From: Gnetum montanum
Lineage: Eukaryota > Plantae > Gnetophyta
Reading direction: 5' to 3'
Length of the DNA stretch: 64,000 nucleotides
NCBI GenBank assembly: GCA_015680685.1
Contig: MNCI01000996.1
Location: 343,834-407,833 of the forward strand
Shown: piece after piece, positions 1 through 12,440 of the stretch
How the letters are laid out: each line of letters begins with the position of its first letter
How positions within the stretch are numbered: the first letter of the stretch is position 1
Program-made: the position numbers and the translations under genes
The notes under the pieces: model-generated
The model's input: only the letters and a program-made list of their open reading frames with translations
Told to the model about the DNA's origin: nothing
Databases searched by the model: none

Positions 1-2207
1 GAGGGATTTTGGTGATGACACCCTTACAACAAAAGAGGGTCTTGAGCTAGTAGAAGTTAAAGAACCCCTTTTGTTGTGAGGAGGCACCCGAATCATAAAC
101 AATTCCCTCATAGGCCTTTAATTATTATGGATGTTGAACACCGCTATGGTATATATGTTGTTATTGGAATTTAGTAAGCCCTTGTATGCATGCATCAACT
201 AATTTTGAGGGCTAATCAAGTTTGAAGTGTCTAGTACTAGTTCACCCTTATCTATCATTTTTTGCAAGTCATTCTTTAGTGTAAATAGAAGTCAGTGTCA
301 TGACCCAACAATTGATGATAGTGGTAGAAGTGGTTAAGATTAAAGTACTTGGACATTAGAGGATTACCTTTGGTTGCTCAAGTGGGATCCTTAGCTATTT
401 CTCATAACCTTTCATGCCTCTTACGGGTATTTTTGATTATTTTCTTATATTGGTTCCTACCACTGTTCAATAGTTGGTCCAAGAACTCTAACAGCTTAAG
501 GGGAAATTTGGTATACTTAGATTGGTCTTTCTATGTACAGTTAGACCTAGACATGGTCAATGTAGTGGTCCCAAAGGTTGAGGATTGATTGTTGTTGTTG
601 ATAATAGGGGCCTTAGGTTGGTTAGTCTTTGGCCTCTATTTAGTTGATGTTCTCCTTGGTCATACTTGCTACTACCACATTGTTTTGCCTACCCCTTTTC
701 TTGTCCTTTCACACATGTTGACTTTTATATGCCACATAGGTGGGATCATGGCTAGCCACTGTGAATTCTTATATATTCTTAATCTAGGAAAAGGCTTGAC
801 TAAGAGACTATGGATCAAGCTAATATAATTTTGACTTAACAAAGTTGTTAACTACCCCCTTGAAAATAGCTAAGAGGTGTGTTTCAACTATTGATTTGAG
901 TATTTTATTGAGAAAAATGTTCCATTGTTGGATGAACTTCTACACTAACTCAAGGAATCCTTGCTTGACCTTCATCAGTTGGTCAAGTGTGGTATCAGGT
1001 TTCAAGCTATACTTGAAATGATTAATGAATTGTGAAATTAGTTCTTCCAAAGAAGATAGGGATTCTATTCATAAGGCATGATACCAGTCAAGCACTTTTC
1101 CAATTAAGGATATAGGAAATATTCTCATTATGTTATGTAGCTAGGCTTGTAGCAGTAGTCATTTTGAGAAAAAGATTATTATATGGGCATTGGGATCACC
1201 TTCACCATTGTATTTTGTAAATTGAGGGATAGAGATGCCAAGAGGAAGCATTAAGGATTGGATCACATAATTGATGGGATTATCCTAGTAAAAGTCCATG
1301 ATCTTGAAACTTTAAGATGTAGAGGCCTTGAGCCTCTTCAATTCCTCCATCAAGTCTAGGATCATTTGGAAGGCTTGATCTAGGCCTTATGGTGCCCCTA
1401 TCGGTTGTGGCATTTAAACAAAGGATTATGGTGTTTTCTGGGAAGCCTATGACCTTGCTATCAGTTGTGGCATGGATGGGAGAGGTTATGTTATTACAGT
1501 GGTTGGTGGGCCAACCAAGGAAAATGACATTTGTGCTAGTATCTATGGCACAAACGAAATGAAGTTGTGTGATCCTCAGGTTCTTTGGAGTCCCATGGTG
1601 GATCCCACTTGAGTGGTTGGAGGATTGGTGGTGGTGACAACCATCAACAAAAGTTGTATGAACCAAGGTTGGATGGAGATTGGCATGGAAAAGTGGAACA
1701 TAGTGAAATGTAGCACCGATTGTGTTTGACCTGTGGCAATGAATAGCATGGGCCTAAACATGGTTAGGTAAGAAGAAGTAGAGGATGTTGGCATTTTTTC
1801 TATGGAGGAGACAAATGGACTGGAGGTAGGCATTGTGGCTTTGAGGGTTTCTTGTTGAACTAGCCCATCCAAGATGTTTTCATGTTTAGATTCCATCCTA
1901 AACTCATCCTCCTCCTTGTCTTGATGCTCATCCGAGCTAACCTTCTCATCCTCCCCATCCATCTCAATCAACTAAGATAGGATGCAAGTGTAGGTTTCAA
2001 TAAGGGGTATCAAATCATACAAGGAAGGAATATAGTCCTTCCCATTTAGTGTATGAACTTGTACTCCCTTTTTTCCTCTACTTCCATCTATGGAATTAGC
2101 ATGCCAACTTAGATTTTGGCACAAATGTAGTTATAGTGATCTTCATTTATGATCAAGAACCTAAGAATTTTCCCGCTAAGTCACAAGGACCACCTACACT
2201 CATCCAT
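1..2207 (-). pseudogene. gag: Degenerate gag of E0
   Basis: Decayed frame with KYNGEGDPNAH and DWYH..FKYSL gag motifs; homologous to E1 gag 10294-12440; many stops. Confidence 0.8.
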
Positions 2208-2469
2208 AGCAGGATTTTTAGGATCATAGACCCTCATGTCTTATTGACCAAAGATGTTGTTCATGAAGTTGAAGGGAAATTTGGTTGACTAGTTGAAAGA
2301 AATTATGAAAACTATAGTTTTAGCTTCTTCTTTTTTTACTATTTTTAGTAAAAGTGTAATAATTAGGATGATCCACTAATGTAATGAACTAAAAATAGAA
2401 AAGGTAGTAGAAAAGTGCTATAGAATGGTGAAAATAAGAAAAAGTGATTTATCTACTAAACAAAAATAG

Positions 2470-2650
2470 GTGCTACAATAGATTGAGTGCTACAGTTGAC
2501 ATGGTGATACAACAGACTAGTGCTATAGTAGATTGGTGCTATAGTAGACATGTTGCTACATTAGACTAGTGCTACAATAGATGAGTGTTACATTAGGCAT
2601 GATGCTATAGTAGACTAGATGCTATAGTAGATAGGTTGTTATAGTTAACT
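2470..2650 (-). repeat. ~17-bp degenerate tandem repeat in E0 5' UTR
   Basis: Repeated GTGCTA(C/T)AGTAGAC-like units; reverse complement of the array at 9790-10040. Confidence 0.8.
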
Positions 2651-2804
2651 ATGCTAGCTTCAAGGAAACTAGCAATTGTTGTGAAAATGTAATAAAAACT
2701 CAACTATGCTAGTTTTCAAGGTTTCAATGAAATTTATTTGTAGATTTTTAAGCTTGACAATGTGATAATTTGAAAAGGGATTTTGGCCAAGAATCTAAGT
2801 GGAG

Positions 2805-2822
2805 GCCCTTCTTCTAATGCCA
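2805..2822 (-). promoter_or_regulatory. Primer-binding site (tRNA-Asn type) of E0
   Basis: Minus strand TGGCATTAGAAGAAGGGC vs TGGCGCTAGAAGGAGGGG (complement of the plant tRNA-Asn(GUU) 3' end, recalled from memory); 6 nt from the LTR end. Confidence 0.75.
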
Positions 2823-2828
2823 AAAACT

Positions 2829-4272
2829 TATTGGTGTTGGAATGGAAACCCAAAAATCCAAGTGCTAGAATAGTTTTAACCTTGAATTCCAAGGGCCTCC
2901 ATAAATGTGATTCAAGGTGCCTTGGATGGTCTAGTTGATCACCCAGGGACTTACAAAAGCGTAAACAGAAATGAAAATAAAAATGTAAATGCCTTTGAAA
3001 ATAGAAATGGAAATGAAGTTGAAGTTGGAGATCTAGAATGAAAACAAGCATAGAAATGGAAATGTAGACTAAAATTTGCACAACATGAACTATAAATTTA
3101 TTATAATGTAAATAAAGAATAAGGTTCAAAAATTATAGATTTTGTGCTAAAAGCATAAGAAGTTTGCTTGTAGAAGCTTGAAGTCTATTGGAGATGGTTG
3201 TTCTATGTCAACTCCATGATTCAAATTATTCCAAGCTCCAATTCCCAGCAACTTTTTGTTGGTTTCCATTGAAATAGGAAATGAGGGTTACAAGTGGTAT
3301 TCCACTCTTGGATTCAATAGTAGTACTTAGAAGTCTTTGTGCCTAGTGTAGTACCAGTTTTGTTGTCAAAGTGGAGGTAAGGTTGCAATGGTGTTATGGC
3401 TATAAAAATGTAAAAAGTGTTGTTGTCGTATGTAGGTTAGAATAAAGTGTCTACATTGGGTTTTTATAAGGTATATTTGGCTATTTTTTGATCTCTACAT
3501 CATTTCCATAATTACTAATAGATTGGTATAAATTTTTAGGTGTAGTTGTCATCAAATTCTAGCATAGTCATCCTTTATAGTAAGTTTGGTAAATATTATA
3601 GCCACAAAACCCATCCAGTTACTATAAATAGTAAAAAACAATTTGTGACTATGATAGCTTTGATGGACTACATTGAGGTTGTTGGGAATGTCAAAAATTT
3701 GTGGAAAATATGAACAGAGTCAGGAATTGTGAAAATGATGGAGCCTATTAAGAAATGTTGTGCTTGGTGGAGAATGTTATCTACATTAGTCATTGAAGAC
3801 TTGGGATGACTATGCTAGCCATTGTTGGGAAAACGAAAATTCCAACAATTCCAACTTTGCACTTTTGCTATGTCTTGTTCATGACTATATTGGCCATTGT
3901 CATCTTCTAAAATAGAATAGAACTTCCCATCTACTGTAGCACCATCTCTACTGCAACACCATGTCTACTATAGCACTAGTTAGAATTGATTTCTCTAGTG
4001 TAGTTGGGGCTATTCCTTTACAAAAACTCATAAAAATGCCAATTTTAGTCATTTCCAAGGTGTTTTTAGCCTTTCAAAGCCCAAATATAGATATGATGTA
4101 CCTTTTCCTACTTGGGAAGTGAGGCAATAACAGCTTTTTGGGCATTTTTTAGCCATCAAAAAGTTGAAATATGCAAGATCAAAGCTCATGAACTACATCT
4201 CTCACATTTACAATGAATCCTTGTCTCAAGTTAGGAAATGAAGTTTGCAACATGAATTTTGGTGGTGTTTCA
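2829..4272 (-). repeat. 5' LTR of E0 (~1.44 kb)
   Basis: Reverse-complement homology to 50234-51708 and 8417-9609; starts TGAAACACC and ends CACCAATA (decayed CA). Confidence 0.85.
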
Positions 4273-6480
4273 GAATCCCCCTACGAAGGTGGTCATACAA
4301 CCTATCCAATCTATACTAATTCTAATCACATGATCTCAAGTCACTCAACCTCATCCCTATCCATCAATACAAATTCCACAACATACATGAGTATCCCAAG
4401 GCCTGGATCAAGCTTTCAAAGTGATTCAAGACCTCACCAAAGGGCTATGGAGATTTAAAGCTTGCACCACTTAGATGGTAAGGATCATGGATTTTTATAA
4501 AGATGATCCCATCAATTCTACTATCCTACAAATAACTCTCCCTATAGGCATCACAAACCTCCACTTTACTAAATACAATAGAAAGGGTGACCTCAAAGTT
4601 CATCTCTTTACTTTCTATTTTGAGTATCTATTGCTACAAGTCTAGTCACATACAATGATATGCATCTGCCCCATGTCTCTAACTAGAAAGGCCTTAAACT
4701 AGTATTATGCACTACCCAAAGGCTCCATTGCCTCTGTAGATGACTTGATTACATAATTGTTTTAACCATTTCAAGTATAACTTAAAGCCCAATGCAATAT
4801 TAGATCATCTTATGAAGGTGAAATAGGGACCCCTTGAAACTGTCCAAAAGCTCATACAAAGATGGAATGCTATCCTTAATGAAATACCTAAACCTATCTC
4901 TAAAACACATCTTTTCTCCATCTTCAAGGGGGTTGTTAATGATTTCATTAAGTCTAAGCTTTACTACTTAGACCCCCAATAACTTAGTCGGGCCTTTTCT
5001 AAAACTAAAAGCATAGAAGATGTCATGGAAGACCTAGCTTACATAGCATATAAGAACCAACACATGAGAAGGAATAGAGATGAGAAAAAACAAATCCATG
5101 TAGCCATGACCAAGGAACTAAGACCAACATAGGGGCCAAAGACAACACAATCTAAGGTCTCTATCACTACTCCTTAACCTTTAACATCTAAGGCCTCCAT
5201 GTAAAACCCTCAAAAGTCCAAATTTGAGAAGAAAGATAAGTCTAGGTGCACTAAGCTATCCATGAAATCATAAAACCTTCTCAATAAAATGCTTAAGAGT
5301 GGCTATATCTAATACAAGTAACTATCTTAGAATGCTTAAAAGAGGCATGATCTCTTATGTGATATTACCAAGGATCCCACCATAGTCATGAAAGATGATC
5401 CTCCCATACCTAAGTAGTTTAAACTAGATTAATTCTACTGCTATAATTAGCTACCTTACCATGATACTAATTTTTGCTTCACCCTAAAGTATGATTTGTA
5501 GGAGATGATAGATAGTGAAGAGTTAGTCCTAGATGTATTTAATCCTATCAGGTCTTAAAATCAATCCATATATGTGTATAAAGATCCTCTTAATGCTAAC
5601 AATGATTAGTATACTATAGCCACCTTTAATGTCCAAGATAAGTCCAAAACTATTAGTGAACCATTTATGGTTTGGGTACCTCCTCACAATGAATAGACTT
5701 CTATGAGTTTGAGAAATTCATTTTTTATAAGCGTACCCTCACCGATGACTTTGAAATAACCTTTTGTCTTTAGGATGCCTCCTCCCTCTACTACTAAACT
5801 TGTAAGACAAGTAGACCAATGTTCTTCTGTAGCAAACAATGCCTCAATCTCTTTATAGCTTGATGGCAAGAAATCATCCACAAAGCAATGAAAAAAGCTA
5901 GCTCATAATCCTGAGGCTAAGGACAATAAACAACCAAAGGTATGGAAGGAAGTAGACCCACCAAAGCCTACTCCAATTTTAGCCATACCCATGGATATCA
6001 CTACTCAAACTACCTCAATGAGCCAACCTTGAGAAGATAACTAGAAATAAGAGAAGGGAAAGGTATCAAAACATAAAATCATAAAGCATGAGGTCAAAAT
6101 TGTAGGTATAATGGGGAAGGTCAAGGCCAACAAAAATGAGAAATCATCCATCAATGATAAATACTTCATCACTACCATTAAGTAGGTCAAGCTTTCTTTA
6201 AAATAGAAGAATATTTCTTTGAGCTTTTATGACTTGGTTATGATCTCTCCTACCCACCAAAAAGCTCTAGTTAAGATGTTGACTTCTATTCCTATGAGTG
6301 AGAATATCCCTGCCAACAAGAATTCTATCCATGTAGTGATAATCTATCAAGCCAAGACCAATAATTCAATGGCATAAATAACATCATAAGCACAAGGAAT
6401 GGGAAGTAAAATATTATGCAACAAAGGCCTTATACATTCCCTCATCTCTCAAAGATTAGAAAATAGTTTTGTGATTTTGT
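4273..6480 (+). pseudogene. gag: Degenerate gag of H; protease deleted
   Basis: KYNRKGDLKVHL, FKYNLKP and Cys/His-knuckle remnants; colinear with E4 56530-60020, then jumps at ~6341 to sequence matching 60600, skipping the protease. Confidence 0.8.
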
Positions 6481-6949
6481 ACATTGCCTAATTTCTTGTC
6501 CTTGTACATAATATGTGACCATTTAACTAATAGCCTTGTTTAGTCTTTATTTACACGATTACATTTTGCCTTATAGTTTTTGTTGTTTACATCATGTTTT
6601 CCAATTTATCACGTAGTCCTACTTTAAATTTTCACATCAATTTACAATGTATATTTATTCCTTACATTTACATAAATTAGAAAACAACATAAAAATAGGA
6701 AACATGAAACACAACAAAGAGCATAAAACATAAAAACCAAAAAATCTAAAACCAAAATAGTATCCATGGTCACACTATGTGATAAATAGTAGAAAAATAT
6801 AATGTCCATGCACAATAACCATAGTTTCACTATGCAATAGATCACAATACAAAAAATAGTACATAGTCTCTAAGGCTATGATAGCGAAAATGATAACAAC
6901 ACAAATGATATAGAAAAAAATAATAGAAAATGATAGGCTCATCAAATAG

Positions 6950-8416
6950 CAAAAATAAAGCCATAGGAGGAGGAGGATCATCATCAATATTATTGATGAG
7001 ATGCGTATTGCATAGGCCGTGATATCGCATCCACCGCGATATCGCTTCCGCTACGATATTGCATCCTTCCCTGCGATGTCGCGTACACGATATCGTAGTG
7101 CGCCGCCAAATCTATAAATAAGAGGCAGCACTTCCCGTTTTCCACATCCTAGGAGTAAAGTAGCGAAGCTCTGGCGGATTGATCACCCCAGAGATAGAAT
7201 ATTTTTCCATGTGCCCACAGTAGGAGTCCCCCAAGTGAATGGTTCTTTATTCGAGCAGCTTTGTACCTAAACGCAAGTTGTGTACGACAATAAAGATGAG
7301 CTTTGTGGATAAACCTTGCAGTGCATGGATAGGTTTTAATTCATGTTATTTATTTCTTTTCTAGTAACGCGACATGAGTACGACTTGGTTACGAGCATTG
7401 ACGAACGTGTATGGCTAGCCAAGGAATCGGCTACTCATCGCGACTAGATTCTCTCGCCCTCAACTCCTAGAGCGTGGGATAAGTACGATTTAGCTACGAG
7501 CACCTATGGGTGTGTAAAACTAGTTAAGGAATCAGCTGCTTATCACACTTAGGCTAGTTAAGTGCCTCAGTATGACCACTTCAACCACGTGCATTACATG
7601 TGCTGATCCCAGTAACGATTAGCGTTTGGTAGCCACAGTTGCATAGTTCAGGGTGTGTACAGTAAGTGGGAACGGATGCTAACACTAGTTAATTTAGATT
7701 TAGATCCTTAGTTAGAGTTAGTTAGCTCTCTCAACCCTTCACCATTTAGCATAGGAGAAAAACCAGAAAATACCAAAAAAATCATATACCTCAGACTTAC
7801 TTAACCATACACTGTGACAACAACAAGTAAGTCTGGGAAGACAACGAATAATTAACCCCAAGTGTTCCCTGTAGCGTTTAGGCATTTAGTCTACGGAGTT
7901 CGACCAGATCGCACGTGCTACACTTATTTCGTATGGTTGAGTGTAGGGGTACCTCGCCACTCATCAATTATCTTTAACATTACCACTGCTATCACCTAAA
8001 GCCTATAAACAATGAAACATACAAATAATTAGTAACCATAATGAGAAAAAATCATAACTATAAAATAATAAAATAAAAAACAAAAAATACAACTAAAAAC
8101 TTAAAACACATTTTGTAGACCTTAGGAGATTCAAGGGTGATATATTTAGAAGTGAATTTTTGGAGGCCAGTATCAAATCTATGAAGAATCTATTCTTCAC
8201 TCGTGTTATTCCAAATGATCTCTCCTAAATCCACTCTTATTAAGATCTTCCCCCTTTCTATATATGTCCACCTAGGAGGAGCATAGGAAAAAGTAGTGGT
8301 ATTTTCCCTAAATGTAGTAGTATTATGAGAATTTGGAGAATCAACAACCACCACTGATTCCGTGAACATGCTAAAGGTGTCCTACCCATCTATCCCTTGC
8401 ACAAATATCTCATACT
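6950..8416 (-). pseudogene. 3' exons of the antisense accessory gene in H (interrupted by a solo LTR)
   Basis: Homologous to 61490-61960 and 17810-18300; minus-strand acceptor TTTATAG near 8003. Confidence 0.6.
6994..7966 (+). mobile_element. Solo LTR of the Athila-like family (973 bp)
   Basis: TGATGAGA...ACTCATCA termini; perfect TSD ATTAT (6989-6993 / 7967-7971); empty-site paralogue at ~61501-61580; homologous to 41364-42471. Confidence 0.95.
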
Positions 8417-9609
8417 TGAAAGACCACCAAAAATTCAGGTTGCAAATCCCATTTTTCAACCTGAGGCAAAACTTTATTGTAAATGTGAGATATGTACTCC
8501 ATGAGCTACAATCTTGCATATCTCAATGTTTTGAGATTAAAAAGTACTTCAAAAGTAGAAAAATGTATCCCATGTCTATATTTTGGCTTGGGAGGGCTAA
8601 AAACACCTTGGGAATGACTAAAATTGGCATTTCCATGGGTTTTTGTAGGGGTATACTCCCAACTACACTGGAGCCATCAATTCTGACCGATGCTAAAATA
8701 GACATGATGCTATAGTATATGGTAAGTTCTATTTTATTCTAGAAGATGAAAATGGCCAATGTAGTCACCATTAAGATCCATTAGAAATGCAGCATTGGAA
8801 TTCTTGGAATTTTCATTTTTCCAATAGTGGCCAGTGTAGTCATCCCAAGTCTTCAATGACTAGTGTAGATAACATTCTCTACTAGACATAACATTTCCCA
8901 ATAGGCTCCACCATTTCCATTGTTTCCAACTCTCTTCACATTTCCACCAATTTTTGGCATTCCCAACAATGTCAGTGTAGTCCACCAAAGCCAACATAGT
9001 AAGGATGGTGCTAGTGTAGTCACAAAATTCTGTTTACTATTTATAGTAAATGGATGGATTTTGTATAGTATATACCATACTTACTATAAATGGTAACTAT
9101 GCTGAAAGTAGAAATGTTGCACTTGCAAATTGATACCAATATATTAGCAATCATTGTAGTGGTGTATAGACCCAAAAATAGCCAAATCTACCCTATAAAA
9201 ATCCAATGTAAATACTTTATTCCATTTCAAACCTTCACATAAGAAATAGCATATTTTAGCCAAATCTTTATTTCATGAACCTTATTCTTTATTTATTATT
9301 TAAATAAAGTTGTTGTTCATATTATCAAATTTTTAGTTTATGTTTTCATTTCTTTGCCTATTTTCATTCTAGATCTACAACTTCAACTCCATTTTTGTTT
9401 CCATTTTCATTTCTATTTTCATTTCCAAATCCATTTTCATTTTTTTGCCATTATTATTTACACTTTTGTAAGTCACCAAGTGATCAGTAAGACCATCCAA
9501 GGTGCCTTGAATCCCATTTTTGGAGGCCCTTGGGATTCAAGGTTAAAACTATTCTTACACTTGGATTTTTGGGTTTTCATTCCAGCAACTGAAATTTCCA
9601 ACACCAATA
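8417..9609 (+). repeat. 5' LTR of E1 (1193 bp; deletion of roughly 280 bp near 9255 relative to the 3' LTR)
   Basis: Starts TGAAAGACCACC and ends CACCAATA; aligns by eye with 50234-51708. Confidence 0.9.
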
Positions 9610-9615
9610 ATTTTT

Positions 9616-9633
9616 TGGTGCTAGAAGTAGGCC
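9616..9633 (+). promoter_or_regulatory. Primer-binding site (tRNA-Asn type) of E1
   Basis: TGGTGCTAGAAGTAGGCC, 6 nt downstream of the LTR. Confidence 0.8.
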
Positions 9634-9789
9634 CTATGGAAAAATTATTGGCCAATATCCCATTCCCAACTATCACATTTGCAAGTTTTAAAATCTACAA
9701 AAAATTCTATTAAAACCTTGGAAATTAGATTAGTTGGATTTTCGTTGTATTTTCATGGCAGTTGCTAGTTTCCTTGAACTTAGCATACT

Positions 9790-10040
9790 CTACTAAAGCA
9801 CCAATTTATTATAGCACCACATCTACTATATTACTAGTCTATTGTAGCACCATGTTTACTATAATGCCATGTCTACTATAGCACTATGTCTACTAGAGCA
9901 CCATGTCTATTATAGCATTGTGTCTCCTATAGCACCATGCCTACTATATAGCACGGTGTCTATTGTAGCACCATGTCTATTATAGCATTGTGTTTACTAA
10001 ATCACTAGTCTATTGTGATGTCAGGTCTACTGTAGCACCT
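9790..10040 (+). repeat. ~17-bp tandem repeat array in E1 5' UTR (consensus ~GTCTACTRTAGCACCAT, ~14 units)
   Basis: Visible periodic units, e.g. gtctactatagcactat, gtctactagagcaccat, gtctattatagcattgt. Confidence 0.85.
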
Positions 10041-10293
10041 ATTTCTATTAAGTGGATAAACCACGTTTTTCCATTTTTACCATTCCATAGTAGTTTTCTA
10101 CTATCTTTTCCATTTTCAGTTACTTATGTTAGTGGAGCATCCCACTTACTATGTTTTTACTAAAAATAGTAAAAAATCTAAAACCTCATATTTTGAAAAT
10201 GTTGTTCCAACATTCACCAAATTTCCTTTCAACTTCACTGACAACATGTCTTTTCAATAGGCCATGAGTGTCTATTACCCCAAAGATCCCACC

Positions 10294-12440
10294 ATGGTTG
10301 AGTGTAGGTAATCCTTGTGACTTAAGGGGCAAAGTCCTTGGTTCATAGTGATAAATGAATATCACTACAACTACATTTGTGCCAAAATCTAAGATAGCAT
10401 GTTGATTCCACAGATGGAAGCAAAGGCAAAATGGAAATACAAACTCATACACTAAAATGGAAAGGAGTATATTCCTTCCCTATATGATTAGATACCCCTT
10501 ATTGACACCTACACCTGCATCGTATCTTAGTTAATTAAGATGGATGGGAAGGATGAGAAGGTTAGCTTAGAAGAGAACCAAGAGGAAGAGGATGATTTTA
10601 GGGTAAAATCTAAGCATAAAAACATCTTGATTGGGTTGTTTCAATAAGAAACCCCCAAGGCCACAATGCCTACCTCCACTCCCTTTATCTCCTCCATAGA
10701 ACACATGACAACATCCCTTACCCCTTCTTATCCAACCATGTTCGGTCCCATGCCAGTCATTTCCATGCTGCAAACATAACTGGTGCCCCATTCCACTTTG
10801 CCATGCCATTTGCCACCAAGCCATGATCTATACAACCTTTGTTAGTTGTTGACACCACCACCAATCCTATAAACACTCAAGTGTAATGCACTATGGAACC
10901 CTAAGAAACCCATGGGGTCACACACCTCTTTCATTCCATTTGTGCCCCAGATACCAACAAAAATTTCATTCTCCTTATTTTTCCCACTAACCGCAACAAT
11001 AACATAACTTCTCCCATCCATGCCATAACTGATAACAAGGCCATAGGCTTCCTAGCAAATAGTACAACCTTTCATTTAAATGCCACAACCAACAGGGGTA
11101 CCATAGGGCCTAGATCAAGCCTTCCAAATGATCTAGGACCTAATGGAGAAATTGAAGAGACTTAAGGCCTCTACATCTCAAAGCAACAAGATCATGGATT
11201 TTTACTGAGATAATCCCATTAGTCCTATGGTCCCAACCTTAATGATTTCTCCTAGTATCTCTATCCCTCAATTTATAAAATACAATAGTAAAGGTGATCC
11301 CAATGCTCATCTAATATTCTTTCACTTGGAATGCCTATTGCAGCAAGCCTAGCTATATAGCATTATGAGAACATTCCCTATGTTCTTGATAGGGAAAATG
11401 CTTGACTGGTACCATACCCTACCACAAGGGTCTATATCCTCTCTTGAAGAATTAATATCACAATTTGTTAACCATTTCAAGTATAACTTGAGACATGATA
11501 CCATGCTTAACCAACTTAGGAAGGTCAAGCAAGGACCCCTTGAGCTGATGTAGAAGTTCATCCAATGGTGAAACACTATGATCAATAAAATACAAGAACC
11601 GAGAGCTGAAACACACCTCTTAGCTATTTTGAAGATTGGTTAATGACTTTATTAAGTAAAAATTATATTATCTTAGACTAAGAACATACAGGATGCCACA
11701 TAGGCTAGCCACAATCCCACCTATGTGATGTATAAGATTCAACATGTATAGTAGGACAAGAAAAGGGGTAGGTAAAACAATGTGCAACGATAATAGTGAC
11801 CAAGAAGAACAAGTCAAATAACTAAGGGCCAAAGATTGAGCAACCCAAGGCTCTTGTTATGAACAAAAATAACCAACCCTTAACTTTTGGGGCCACTACA
11901 TCAACTATGTATAGGCCTAACTTTACATAAAAAGATCGTTCTAAGTATACCGAGTTGCCCATTAAGCTGTTAGAGCTCTTAAACCAATTATTGAAGAGTG
12001 GTACTATTCAATATAAGAAAATGACTGAGAATGTCCACAAGAGACATGGCATGTTATGAAAAATAGCTAAGGACCCTACTCAAGCAAGAAAATATGATCC
12101 TTCAGTTCCCAAGTACTTTAAGCTTGACCACTTTTGTCACTATCATTAGTTGCTAGGTCAAAACATTAACTACTACCTTGTACTAAAGGATGACCTGCAA
12201 AAAATGATAGATAAGGGTGAATTGGTACTAGACAGTTCAAACTTGGTTAGGGCTCAAAATTAGTTGATGCATGTATACAACAATCCACTAAACACCAACA
12301 ACAACCCGTATACCATAGTGACATTCAACATCCACAATGATCAAAGGCCTATGAGTGGACCATTTGTGATTAAGGTGCTTCCTTGTAATGAAAGGGATCC
12401 TTCAACTTCTGCTAGCTCAAGATCCTCCTTTGTTGTAAAG
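10294..12440 (+). pseudogene. gag: E1 gag, N-terminal and central part (interrupted by E3)
   Basis: MVECR..., KYNSKGDPNAHL, FPMFLIGKMLDWYHTLPQGSISSLEELISQFVNHFKYN..KQ (retrotransposon gag domain), and a FCHYH..LKDDLQKMIDKG knuckle region. Confidence 0.85.

Larger units (their letters stand above)
1..4272 (-). mobile_element. E0: 5' portion of a Tat/Ogre-type Ty3/gypsy element (same family as E1); continues left of the window
   Basis: On the minus strand: LTR beginning TGAAACACCACC (4272), tRNA-Asn-type PBS, UTR tandem repeats, then gag. Colinear with E1 8417-12440. Right flank GAATC is the expected TSD; its partner lies outside the window. Confidence 0.85.
4273..8416 (+). mobile_element. H (left part): oldest Tat-type element of the nest; continues at 51709-53844
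   Basis: gag followed by the 3' end of the antisense gene. Joining 8416 to 51714 restores a sequence colinear with the uninterrupted paralogue at ~61920-62030. Confidence 0.8.

Noticed and set aside
9354-9713. Phe/His-rich ORFs (also 2734-3129, 6642-7030, 17305-17804, 61294-61491)
   Set aside because: Low-complexity translations of T-rich LTR, UTR or intron DNA, not conserved as frames between copies.
1-12440. Large inverted repeat (1-4272 vs 8417-12440) as a foldback or TIR element
   Set aside because: Explained by two independent insertions of the same LTR family in opposite orientations, each with its own LTR/PBS boundaries.
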